This document shows positions 23,826-37,047 of a DNA stretch of 64,000 nt, one piece after another. This DNA is from Amoebidium appalachense (lineage: Eukaryota > Protista > Ichthyosporea): the NCBI GenBank assembly GCA_963693365.1, contig CAVNZM010000001.1, forward strand, positions 1,453,873-1,517,872. Direction: 5' to 3'. The notes under the pieces were generated by a model. The model was given only the letters and a program-made list of their open reading frames with translations, ran no database searches and was not told the origin of the DNA. Made by a program: the position numbers and the translations under genes. How positions within the stretch are numbered: the first letter of the stretch is position 1; the number at the start of each line of letters is the position of its first letter.

Positions 23826-26800
23826 TGTCATCTTCACTTAATTCTCAGCAAGACTTAGAAGTTGAGTTTGGTATTTATTTATTAGTTGTTGTAGTTTGTT
23901 TCCTTTTCCTTTCTTCATTTCTTTCTTTCTTTTCCGTTTCCGTGTACACGACATCTTAGATCTGTGTACGTATCGACATACTTAGCTCGCGCACACGTAT
24001 TGTCGTTTGCGTCAAAATCTATATATGTCATCCAATCATATCTCGTTTGTATTTTCCCAAATATAGTAACTTACATTCCTTTCTCATTCCTTTCCCACGA
24101 CGTAGCATTGTGCTATGTTCTTCAACTATTAGGAATAATTATATTTAGACGTGTTATGATAAGAACATGTATAAATATATGTTATGAATTAATAGTTACA
24201 TAAGTGGTTTCATTTTATTAAATGTTTCCGTGCTTTTATTAGAAGTTTCTTTCATTAGAGGATTGAGTTTTACATTCTAAATGTCGACAGACATTTTATT
24301 CGATATATTTTACACTCATAGTTTTCATTCTTTTGATTGGTTTATCGTTTCACATTCCCAAGTATAAAAGGGACCTCATCTTGAAATAAATCACAAGCAG
24401 TCGTATTCACTTCCTATGGTTCCAGAAATCGTTCCTCCTCTCCGGTTGTGTTTTTCCCGTGTGTTTTTGTGTTGTGTTTTACATAACACCCATCTGTGCT
24501 CTCTGCTTCTCCGTTTACCCACACAAAATAACAGGTTTACGGCCCCTTTGCACGCTAACACACAATCTCGCTACAACCGCGAAAATCTCTCAGTCTTACT
24601 GCTTCAATCATGACTGACAAACCGTCGTATATCAACCTTCCAATATGGAATCCGTCCGAGAAACGAGACGAGAAACGTCTTAATTATTTCGAGTGGGAGC
24701 CACTCATTCACCGGTTCATTAGAACCACCATTGCCGAGAAATTCGTTGACGCTATCAAGAGGCCACAGTGGGTTGACGGCGCTGAAGCCAACCAGTGGCT
24801 AGGCTACACCACCAAGGACTCCTACAAGAAAGCTTCCGACGTCCTCGACCAGATCCTCAACCAGTCCGTCCACCCGACCGAGCTCTACGACTCCGGCCGG
24901 ATGCAAGACGGTGTCCACGGTGGTGAAGTCTTCCACAACCTACGTATGGCGTATGTAGCAGAGAAGGAGGCCCGAGTCACCCAGATTCAAGTCACCTTCG
25001 AGGAGCTTGAACTACGAGACTACCCCAACGTCACAGCATACCTCACCCGTCTCCAACGTCTGGCTACGACACTTGCCTGCCTCGACGAACCCATCCAGCA
25101 CAAGGATGTCGTACGTAAGTTCTTCCTCCACATCCGGAAGAACACAGCCCTGGTCTGCCCCGACATTGAACGTCTCTGCTCCGACTACTGGATGAACAAC
25201 AAGGCCTACCCGTCCTTCAACATGCTCATCAGTGACATCCGAGGAGCTGAAATCCGTGCCGGCCTCATCGACGCAGGCACAGGTGCAACCGTCAACAACC
25301 GTCCCCTCCGTGCACTCCAGAGCAGAGTGCTTCCCCCCGGTGACCTCCGTAACCGTATTCCTCGACGTGAGCATACACCTCACCGTTCCCCGTCCCGTTC
25401 CCGTGATCCTCGTCCTCCCTCCAAGTCACCCGGCCCCCGTTCAACTTCCCCTTACCACCGTGGTAACAGGGACAACCGTAACCGACAGCACAACACCAAC
25501 AGTGTGAAGTGTTCCTACTGCCATGAGCCCCACCACATCACAGCATGCCCGGAGCCTGGCTGCACAGTTGCTCGTCGTGCCAAGCAGGAGAAAGGTGACA
25601 AGAGTGTGAAATTTGCACTCATCTCCTCCACCGGCACACCTGACAGTAACGACCCCGTCTGGGACAGTGCTTGTAATGCACACATCTGCCCCATCAAGGA
25701 GTATTTCTCCTCCCTTACCCCGTGTCCTCCCACCCCCATTCACGGCCTCGGCACAGTCAATGCCAAACAACGTGGCATCATCAACATAACACTGCACTAC
25801 AACGGCCACCCAACACCGTGCAGCATCAATGCTTACTACGTACCCGAGGCACCGTCTTTCCTCGTGTCTACCTCCATGGCATCAGCTGCCGGCCTCCTAG
25901 GTCATTGTGACGATACAGACAACCACCCGTCGTTCCTCTACAGCCGTAATGGTGACATTATTACAGATCTCACCCCCCTCGACGGTCTCTACTACATCAC
26001 TGACTATGTGATTGAGACTCCTAAACACCCGGGGGTCCAAGCCTACACAGCAAGGACTCAACAACCCGACGTCTCCCAGCTCCACGTGTTCGGCTCCCCT
26101 GCCTATGTGCATGTTCCCCGGTCAAAGAGGAACAAGCTGGCATCAACCGTCAGAGTCGGCACCTACGTCGGCTGGGACCTACCCTCCAAGGCACACAAGA
26201 TCCTCGACCTTGCCAGCAACCAAATCAAGATCTGCCGTGATGTGATCTTCGACGAGTCGAAATTCACGGGCAGCACCAATCAGGTCTCCGTTCCCCCCAA
26301 ACCCGATCTGCCGACATTGGACCCCCCCTCCGACGACGACGATGAAACTCCGTCTGTGGTCATCTCCCAACCGTCCTGGCACAACCAACCAGCCCCGGTT
26401 GAACCCGTGCCTCCCCCGAGCCCCCCCCCACTGGCCAACAACCCTTGCTGCCGGCCCCCCCCGTTGCTGTGCATCAACCCGGCTACATGACTCCGGTTCG
26501 TCCTGGGTCCCCCACCTTCCACTCGGCCACGAGCAGCCCTGTGGACACCGATGCCCCCCTCACCACCGGTCCTATTCCTGGCTTCCATGCCCCTATCCCG
26601 GCCTCCACCACCTACCCGGCCACCACCCCCCTCAAGGACCCCCCCAAGCCCAACCTTCGTCGGTCTACACGTCTCACCAAGACTCCAACGGCACTGGTCA
26701 GCATCGTAGCACCGACCATCAACATTGACCAGCTCCCCAAGGGCATTCAAAAGCTTTGCAACGGTCCCAACGGTGATGCCGTCATAGCTGCCCTCACCTC

Positions 26801-28284
26801 CGAGTACCAAGCCTTCATCACCAAGGATGTCTTCACCATTGTTGATCCCCCCCCTGGTGCCAACATCATCAAGTTCAAGTGGATTGTGACTGAGAAAGTC
26901 CTCAACTCAGCCGGTGACACCAAGATCAAAGCTCGTGGTGTTGCAAAGGGCTTCACTCAAGTCTACGGTGTTGACTACGGTGACACCTCTTCCCCCGTGG
27001 TGATGTCCTCCTCCGTCCGTGCCCTCCTTGCCATCGGTGTGGACGGCAACCATGAGATTCATCAACTCGACGTCTCAACTGCCTTCCTCAACAGTCCTCT
27101 TCAAGAAGACATCTACATTGAGCCACCACCTGGCTTCATCACCCCCGGCAACGAACACAAGGTCTGGAAACTTAAGAAGGCACTCTACGGGCTCAAGCAA
27201 GCATCACTGGCCTGGTATGAGTACTTCGACAAGGTCCTCCTTGCTCACGGTCTCGAACGTCTCCGTTCAGATCCATGTGTCTACATCAAGACCTTCCCCA
27301 ACGGTGACATCATCCTCACTGGCAACTATGTGGACGACGTCATCATCATCTGCACGGCCAACTCCTCCCACACCAAGGATCTAGTAGACCACATCATGAA
27401 GTCAGCTCTCTGCAAGGTTGACCTTCCCGACATCTTCCTTGGCACCCAGCTCATCCACACCCCCGGTCACCTCAAGCTGCTTCAGCAATCCTACATCAAC
27501 GACATCGTCAGAGACTTCAACCTCAACGATGCTCACCCCAAGGCTACTCCCATTCCCGTCGGCACCGTCATCACCATCAACGAGAACGACTCACCACCCA
27601 TCAAGGTTCCCTACCGTGAACTACTCGGCCGTCTTTTGTGGGTTGCTCGTTGTTCCCGGCCCGACATCTCCTTTGCCATCGGCTACCTCGGTAGATTCAG
27701 TGCCAACCCCACCAAACTTGCATGGGAATGTCTACTCCGTGTAGTTCGGTACCTCATCGGCACTTCCAACCTCGGCCTTCACTACGACAAGTCTGCTTCC
27801 GACGACAACACCCCCTTGCTGGAGTGTTATTCTGATGCTGACTTTGCCAACTGCCCCAACACCCGTCGTTCAACCACCGGATACGTCATCTTCTTCAAGG
27901 GCATACCCATCACATGGTATTCGAAGCTGCAGTCCATCACGGCAACATCCACCACCGAGGCTGAGCTTCTGGCCATCAATGCTGCTGTTCAAAACGTCAT
28001 CTGGCACCGTGATCTCCTCCGTGAACTCGGCTACCCGATGACCGACCCCACCCCCGTCTACTGTGACAACCAGTCCACCATTGCCCTCCTGCACACCAAC
28101 AGCATCAAGCACCGGACCAAACACATTGCAGTCCGTTACCACAACACGAAGGACTACATCAAGAGTGGGGATGTGGTCGTCACCTACGTGTCCAGCAAAG
28201 ACAACGTGGCTGACATCTTCACCAAGCCCCTGCCCGGGCCCTCCCACGAGCAGCACCGTGATTCACTCAGTCTTCGTGACTGAG

Positions 28285-28323
<39 letters not shown>

Positions 28324-29513
28324 TTCATCTACAGTGGTCTTCAAGTAGGTTGGGGCCCTGGCCAGTGGTCTACACATCACCGTGTAGAGACACCTCCCAA
28401 CGAAAGTCTACTGCTGTCTTCATCGATCTTCAGTGTGTGCATCTTCAGTGGGGATTTCTTCTCCACCATCCGTCGTTTATTTATATACCACCATATATAT
28501 AATGTATTTATCATTAGCCACCAACACGTCACACATACACTAGTTGTTTCTTCTATATATATTTATATATCACGTCATTGGCTACCGTCATCTTCCGAGC
28601 CTTCAGAGGCAACCGTCGTTGTGTGCTTCTTCCGTTTTGGTTTTCTTCCCCGGCTTGCACCTTCAAGTCTTCTCCATTGTCTTCTCGAGTGGGGAAACTT
28701 GACTGTGACTTCACGGCACCTACTTCTACATGTGTGAAAGTCTTAACATCAACAGTCACATCAACAAACTTCACGAGAACCCAACTTCCAACCCTTGAGT
28801 GGGGATGTCATCTTCACTTAATTCTCAGCAAGACTTAGAAGTTGAGTTTGGTATTTATTTATTAGTTGTTGTAGTTTGTTTCCTTTTCCTTTCTTCATTT
28901 CTTTCTTTCTTTTCCGTTTCCGTGTACACGACATCTTAGATCTGTGTACGTATCGACATACTTAGCTCGCGCACACGTATTGTCGTTTGCGTCAAAATCT
29001 ATATATGTCATCCAATCATATCTCGTTTGTATTTTCCCAAATATAGTAACTTACATTCCTTTCTCATTCCTTTCCCACGACGTAGCATTGTGCTATGTTC
29101 TTCAACTATTAGGAATAATTATATTTAGACGTGTTATGATAAGAACATGTATAAATATATGTTATGAATTAATAGTTACATAAGTGGTTTCATTTTATTA
29201 AATGTTTCCGTGCTTTTATTAGAAGTTTCTTTCATTAGAGGATTGAGTTTTACATTCTAAATGTCGACAGACATTTTATTCGATATATTTTACACTCATA
29301 GTTTTCATTCTTTTGATTGGTTTATCGTTTCACATTCCCAAGTATAAAAGGGACCTCATCTTGAAATAAATCACAAGCAGTCGTATTCACTTCCTATGGT
29401 TCCAGAAATCGTTCCTCCTCTCCGGTTGTGTTTTTCCCGTGTGTTTTTGTGTTGTGTTTTACATAACACCCATCTGTGCTCTCTGCTTCTCCGTTTACCC
29501 ACACAAAATAACA
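23826..29513 (+). mobile_element. Ty1/copia LTR retrotransposon family B, copy 1 (integrase-deleted)
   Basis: 708-bp LTRs at 23826-24533 and 28806-29513. TSD ATTAC. PBS 24534-24546, PPT 28797-28805. Confidence 0.97.
24610..28283 (+). CDS. gag-pol (gag, CCHC knuckle, protease, RT, RNase H). Integrase core missing, frameshift at a C tract near 26421-26429
   Basis: CSYCHEPHHITAC, WDSACNAH, QLDVSTAFLN, LKKALYGLKQA, YVDD, YSDADFA, RTKHIAVRYH, ADIFTKPL. Confidence 0.95.
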
Positions 29514-30331
29514 ATTACGGACATGTGAAGGTGCCCCCCCCCCCCCCCAAAAAAAAAAAAAAAAAAAAAAAAACGGCAACAACAACATGCGTGACGCGCA
29601 CACACACATACACTCATTAGCACACACTCACATTTCCACCCACAACCATGCACACCCTCGACAAAACTTCTGAGGGAAGAGAGAGAGCCTGAGCCTCAGA
29701 GAGAGAGGGGGGCAAGGGGGGGGGGGGGGGAGGAGGAGGAGAGTGGGGGTTATTCATATGCCTAGAGAGAAATAATGTAGGGTTGTGGGGGGAAACAGCC
29801 TGAGCCGCATGCATTTTTTACTTGTGTTGGGGGAGAAGATGGGGGGGGTGGAGGGGAGGGGTCCTACAATAACCGCAGGTATCAAAGTCTACCAAACCCA
29901 AATTGCAGTGTGCGTAGTAAATTAATATTGGCATCCTGCCTCACAGGGGGTGCTGGAGCAGAAGGGCATCGACATTGAAACCGAGCTCAAGGGCGGCGAC
30001 CTGAGCTACTTCATGGAGCGCATCCGGCGGGTCATTCCCGACCCATACACGCTGGTCTCGCGGCTGGTGGAGTTCAAAAACACCTACAAGGATGTGCCGC
30101 CCGGACCGGATGGCAAGCCTCTGTTCAAGAAGGATGGCTTTGAAAGACTCGAGGCAACATCCCCCCCCCCTCCCCCTCCCCCCGCAGCGCAGGCGCCCCA
30201 ACAACTCCACCACCACAGAAAAGATTCTTCGCTTATTTGTCATCCTTGGTTCATCTGCACACACACGCACACCCTAGCCTCCCCCCCTCCCCCTCCCCCC
30301 CCCCCCCTCCAAACATACACACACACACACA

Positions 30332-30370
<39 letters not shown>

Positions 30371-30447
30371 CCCGCACGGCCCTTGCTGCCTAGCCAGTTG
30401 TTTTTTGCCTTTCCCCTGCTCCTTTTTGTCCTTAGCAACCCCATCCC

Positions 30448-30478
<31 letters not shown>

Positions 30479-31853
30479 ATACACACACACTACCACCACC
30501 ACCACCCACCCATCTCTCTGATGTTTGCTTGTGCCCCCACAGTCGCTGCTCGAACACGCCCAAAATGGCTGTCTGTCGGACCCCCCCGGCCTGCCCCTCT
30601 ACTACGAGACCACTGCCGACGCAGATGGGCTCATGCGCTACCGCTGCATCCGGGGCACCAACGAGGTGGAGGGGGCAGTGCACAACCCCCTGGCCACCCA
30701 CTTTGGGGCCACACGCATGTCGCTGCGCCTGCTGGACGCCACCATGTCCAATAGGCGCCACCGCCACAACCTGCGTGCACACTACCGCAACCGCCTGGGC
30801 CAGGCATCGGGCCCCCCCACTACAGCCCCTGGATTGTTGACGACATGGAGGCACTGGCGCTGATGCTGTACGGCCATCACCTCGACCCCCAGTGGGTACC
30901 CGTAGGCTGCTACAAGCTACCGGAGGAGTACTTCAACTTTGCCCCGCTCTCCTGTGTGGCCAATGCCCCGGCGCAGGAGCCAGTTGCGGTGCCCGCACCC
31001 CCACCTCCGTCTGATAACAACGAGCCTGCAGCCAATGGCGTGATGGGCGGGCCAGAGGACTGTGAGGTCGAGGGGGGTGACGGTGCTGCCATGCGGGGGG
31101 GCAACCAGGTGGCGCGTGGTGCACCACAGCCGGACCCTGCACTGAGGGGCGACTACAAGATCCTGGCGCAGAAGCAACATGTGGCCATCCCCTTCCTTCC
31201 GGTGCTTACCCCTCAGGAGCGCAAGCTATTCAGCACGCTGCTCCTGGGCACCTACAAGGCACATGCAAAGCCCAACGGCCAGCTGTTCGAGGCTTTGGCC
31301 CAAGACTTCAACAAGGCTGCCTCTGTGGCTGGGGGAATCTACATGAAGGATGCGGCCTACATCAAGAAGCATTTCGACAAGTGGAAGACCTGGCAGACGG
31401 CACATGCACAAAGCTCCACACACGAGGGCCTGGCAGATCACCGCAAGCGTATGCGCGAGGAGAGGGCAGACGCTGTGCCAGCAACCATACGGCCTGCCCC
31501 CCTGCCACCCCTCCCTGTTCCAGACGGTGTCGATGCAGGGGCGCAGCGTGAGCGGCCCTTGCCCATGCGTGTGGGCAAGAAGCATCGCAACATTGGCCCT
31601 GAGGGGCCCCTGCAGATGGATTTGCCGGTGCCCCCTCCTATGCAGCCACCCCAGAGAGCCCCCAAGACCTGCAAGACGTGTGGCCGCCAGGGCAAGGGCT
31701 GCCCCGGCTCCAATCGGGCCAAGAGCTGCCCACGTTGGGTTGCAGCCAATCAGGATGCCATGCCACCAGCACCCGCGCTTGACATGCAGCAGGGCCATGT
31801 GCCGCACATGCCCCCTGCACCCCATCCAGGCCCGCACCACCCACATGGCTGGC

Positions 31854-34800
31854 TGTCATCTTCACTTAATTCTCAGCAAGACTTAGAAGTTGAGTTTGGT
31901 ATTTATTTATTAGTTGTTGTAGTTTGTTTCCTTTTCCTTTCTTCATTTCTTTCTTTCTTTTCCGTTTCCGTGTACACGACATCTTAGATCTGTGTACGTA
32001 TCGACATACTTAGCTCGCGCACACGTATTGTCGTTTGCGTCAAAATCTATATATGTCATCCAATCATATCTCGTTTGTATTTTCCCAAATATAGTAACTT
32101 ACATTCCTTTCTCATTCCTTTCCCACGACGTAGCATTGTGCTATGTTCTTCAACTATTAGAAAAAAATTATATTTAGACGTGTTATGATAAGAACATGTA
32201 TAAATATATGTTATGAATTAATAGTTACATAAGTGGTTTCATTTTATTAAATGTTTCCGTGCTTTTATTAGAAGTTTCTTTCATTAGAGGATTGAGTTTT
32301 ATATTCTAAATGTCGACAGACATTTTATTCGATATATTTTACACTCATAGTTTTCATTCTTTTGATTGGTTTATCGTTTCACATTCCCAAGTATAAAAGG
32401 GACCTCATCTTGAAATAAATCACAAGCAGTCGTATTCACTTCCTATGGTTCCAGAAATCGTTCCTCCTCTCCGGTTGTGTTTTTCCCGTGTGTCTTTGTG
32501 TTGTGTTTTACATAACACCCATCTGTGCTCTCTGCTTCTCCGTTTACCCACACAAAATAACAGGTTTACGGCCCCTTTGCACGCTAACACACAATCTCGC
32601 TACAACCGCGAAAATCTCTCAGTCTTACTGCTTCAATCATGACTGACAAACCGTCGTATATCAACCTTCCAATATGGAATCCGTCCGAGAAACGAGACGA
32701 GAAACGTCTTAATTATTTCGAGTGGGAGCCACTCATTCACCGGTTCATTAGAACCACCATTGCCGAGAAATTCGTTGACGCTATCAAGAGGCCACAGTGG
32801 GTTGACGGCGCTGAAGCCAACCAGTGGCTAGGCTACACCACCAAGGACTCCTACAAGAAAGCTTCCGACGTCCTCGACCAGATCCTCAACCAGTCCGTCC
32901 ACCCGACCGAGCTCTACGACTCCGGCCGGATGCAAGACGGTGTCCACGGTGGTGAAGTCTTCCACAACCTACGTATGGCGTATGTAGCAGAGAAGGAGGC
33001 CCGAGTCACCCAGATTCAAGTCACCTTCGAGGAGCTTGAACTACGAGACTACCCCAACGTCACAGCATACCTCACCCGTCTCCAACGTCTGGCTACGACA
33101 CTTGCCTGCCTCGACGAACCCGTCCAGCACAAGGATGTCGTACGTAAGTTCTTCCTCCACATCCGGAAGAACACAGCCCTGGTCTGCCCCGACATTGAAC
33201 GTCTCTGCTCCGACTACTGGATGAACAACAAGGCCTACCCGTCCTTCAACATGCTCATCAGTGACATCCGAGGAGCTGAAATCCGTGCCGGCCTCATCGA
33301 CGCAGGCACAGGTGCAACCGTCAACAACCGTCCCCTCCGTGCACTCCAGAGCAGAGTGCTTCCCCCCGGTGACCTCCGTAACCGTATTCCTCGACGTGAG
33401 CATACACCTCACCGTTCCCCGTCCCGTTCCCGTGATCCTCGTCCTCCCTCCAAGTCACCCGGCCCCCGTTCAACTTCCCCTTACCACCGTGGTAACAGGG
33501 ACAACCGTAACCGACAGCACAACACCAACAGTGTGAAGTGTTCCTACTGCCATGAGCCCCACCACATCACAGCATGCCCGGAGCCTGGCTGCACAGTTGC
33601 TCGTCGTGCCAAGCAGGAGAAAGGTGACAAGAGTGTGAAATTTGCACTCATCTCCTCCACCGGCACACCTGACAGTAACGACCCCGTCTGGGACAGTGCT
33701 TGTAATGCACACATCTGCCCCATCAAGGAGTATTTCTCCTCCCTTACCCCGTGTCCTCCCACCCCCATTCACGGCCTCGGCACAGTCAATGCCAAACAAC
33801 GTGGCATCATCAACATGACACTGCACTACAACGGCCACCCAACACCGTGCAGCATCAATGCTTACTACGTACCCGAGGCACCGTCTTTCCTCGTGTCTAC
33901 CTCCATGGCATCAGCTGCCGGCCTCCTAGGTCATTGTGACGATACAGACAACCACCCGTCGTTCCTCTACAGCCGTAATGGTGACATTATTACAGATCTC
34001 ACCCCCCTCGACGGTCTCTACTACATCACTGACTATGTGATTGAGACTCCTAAACACCCGGGGGTCCAAGCCTACACAGCAAGGACTCAACCACCCGACG
34101 ACCTCACCCTTTGGCACAACCGTCTCGGCCACCGTGCCCTCTCCACCGTCACCAGGATGGCCAAGGATGAGCTTGTCATCGGCATGCCCCCCTCCCTCAA
34201 GTCACCCGACAACAGTGACTGCTTCGGCTGCATGTCTGGCAAGACCACCAAGGCCCCCTTTCCCGGCACCCGTTCCAAGTTCACCATTCCCGGTGCTAAG
34301 TGGCACCTGGACTTCTTCGAAGCTCCCTGTGCTTCCTACGGAGGCTACAAGGTTGCTCTGGTGTGTGTTTGTGATGCCACCGGTTACACCACCGTGTTCC
34401 CCCTTTACAACCGTGGTGAAACCCTCAGCCACATTCAGTCTCTCGTTGAAACCATCGAACGTCAGACACCTGAGATCGTCACCCATCTTCGGTTTGACTC
34501 CGGCTCTGAGTTCACCTCCAAGGACACCGAGGCCTACTGCAAGCAGAAAGGCATCATCATGGAGTTTGCCCCCGTCGACACACCACAACACAATGGTGTT
34601 GTTGAACGGAAGATGAGAGAACTGCAAGAGACAGTCCGTTGCTTCCTCCATGCCGACAAGGACCAACCTCTCTCTCCCAAGTTGTGGGTTGCTGCTCTCA
34701 AGCATACAAGCTACATCATCAACGTCACACCGTCATCTGCTGCCAACGGCAACACTCCCTTCGAGGCCTTCCACGGCTTCAAACCCGACGTCTCCCAGCT

Positions 34801-37005
34801 CCACGTGTTCGGCTCCCCTGCCTATGTCCATGTTCCCCGGTCAAAGAGGAACAAGCTGGCATCAACCGTCAGAGTCGGCACCTACGTCGGCTGGGACCTA
34901 CCCTCCAAGGCACACAAGATCCTCGACCTTGCCAGCAACCAAATCAAGATCTGCCGTGATGTGATCTTCGACGAGTCGAAATTCACGGGCAGCACCAATC
35001 AGGTCTCCGTTCCCCCCAAACCCGATCTGCCGACATTAGACCCCCCCTCCGACGACGACGATGAAACTCCGTCTGTGGTCATCTCCCAACCGTCCTGGCA
35101 CAACCAACCAGCCCCGGTTGAACCCGTGCCTCCTCCGAGCCCCCCCCCCCACTGGCCAACAACCCTTGCTGCCGGCCCCCCCCGTTGCTGTGCATCAACC
35201 CGGCTACATGACTCCGGTTCGTCCTGGGTCCCCCACCTTCCACTCGGCCACGAGCAGCCCTGTGGACACCGATGCCCCCCTCACCACCGGTCCTATTCCT
35301 GGCTTCCATGCCCCTATCCCGGCCTCCACCACCTACCCGGCCACCACCCCCCTCAAGGACCCCCCCAAGCCCAACCTTCGTCGGTCTACACGTCTCACCA
35401 AGACTCCAACGGCACTGGTCAGCATCGTAGCACCGACCATCAACATTGACCAGCTCCCCAAGGGCATTCAAAAGCTTTGCAACGGTCCCAACGGTGATGC
35501 CGTCATAGCTGCCCTCACCTCCGAGTACCAAGCCTTCATCACCAAGGATGTCTTCACCATTGTTGATCCCCCCCCTGGTGCCAACATCATCAAGTTCAAG
35601 TGGATTGTGACTGAGAAAGTCCTCAACTCAGCCGGTGACACCAAGATCAAAGCTCGTGGTGTTGCAAAGGGCTTCACTCAAGTCTACGGTGTTGACTACG
35701 GTGACACCTCTTCCCCCGTGGTGATGTCCTCCTCCGTCCGTGCCCTCCTTGCCATCGGTGTGGACGGCAACCATGAGATTCATCAACTCGACGTCTCAAC
35801 TGCCTTCCTCAACAGTCCTCTTCAAGAAGACATCTACATTGAGCCACCACCTGGCTTCATCACCCCCGGCAACGAACACAAGGTCTGGAAACTTAAGAAG
35901 GCACTCTACGGGCTCAAGCAAGCATCACTGGCCTGGTATGAGTACTTCGACAAGGTCCTCCTTGCTCACGGTCTCGAACGTCTCCGTTCAGATCCATGTG
36001 TCTACATCAAGACCTTCCCCAACGGTGACATCATCCTCACTGGCAACTATGTGGACGACGTCATCATCATCTGCACGGCCAACTCCTCCCACACCAAGGA
36101 TCTAGTAGACCACATCATGAAGTCAGCTCTCTGCAAGGTTGACCTTCCCGACATCTTCCTTGGCACCCAGCTCATCCACACCCCCGGTCACCTCAAGCTG
36201 CTTCAGCAATCCTACATCAACGACATCGTCAGAGACTTCAACCTCAACGATGCTCACCCCAAGGCTACTCCCATTCCCGTCGGCACCGTCATCACCATCA
36301 ACGAGAACGACTCACCACCCATCAAGGTTCCCTACCGTGAACTACTCGGCCGTCTTTTGTGGGTTGCTCGTTGTTCCCGGCCCGACATCTCCTTTGCCAT
36401 CGGCTACCTCGGTAGATTCAGTGCCAACCCCACCAAACTTGCATGGGAATGTCTACTCCGTGTAGTTCGGTACCTCATCGGCACTTCCAACCTCGGCCTT
36501 CACTACGACAAGTCTGCTTCCGACGACAACACCCCCTTGCTGGAGTGTTATTCTGATGCTGACTTTGCCAACTGCCCCAACACCCGTCGTTCAACCACCG
36601 GATACGTCATCTTCTTCAAGGGCATACCCATCACATGGTATTCGAAGCTGCAGTCCATCACGGCAACATCCACCACCGAGGCTGAGCTTCTGGCCATCAA
36701 TGCTGCTGTTCAAAACGTCATCTGGCACCGTGATCTCCTCCGTGAACTCGGCTACCCGATGACCGACCCCACCCCCGTCTACTGTGACAACCAGTCCACC
36801 ATTGCCCTCCTGCACACCAACAGCATCAAGCACCGGACCAAACACATTGCAGTCCGTTACCACAACACGAAGGACTACATCAAGAGTGGGGATGTGGTCG
36901 TCACCTACGTGTCCAGCAAAGACAACGTGGCTGACATCTTCACCAAGCCCCTGCCCGGGCCCTCCCACGAGCAACACCGTGATTCACTCAGTCTTCGTGA
37001 CTGAG

Positions 37006-37047
<42 letters not shown>

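Noticed and set aside
26415-26435. Programmed frameshift between the two ORFs of both copia copies
   Set aside because: The break is in a C homopolymer of 9 nt in copy 1 and 11 nt in copy 2, and 10 nt restores the frame. Opposite-sign errors point to homopolymer sequencing error or slippage. The same applies near 30812.
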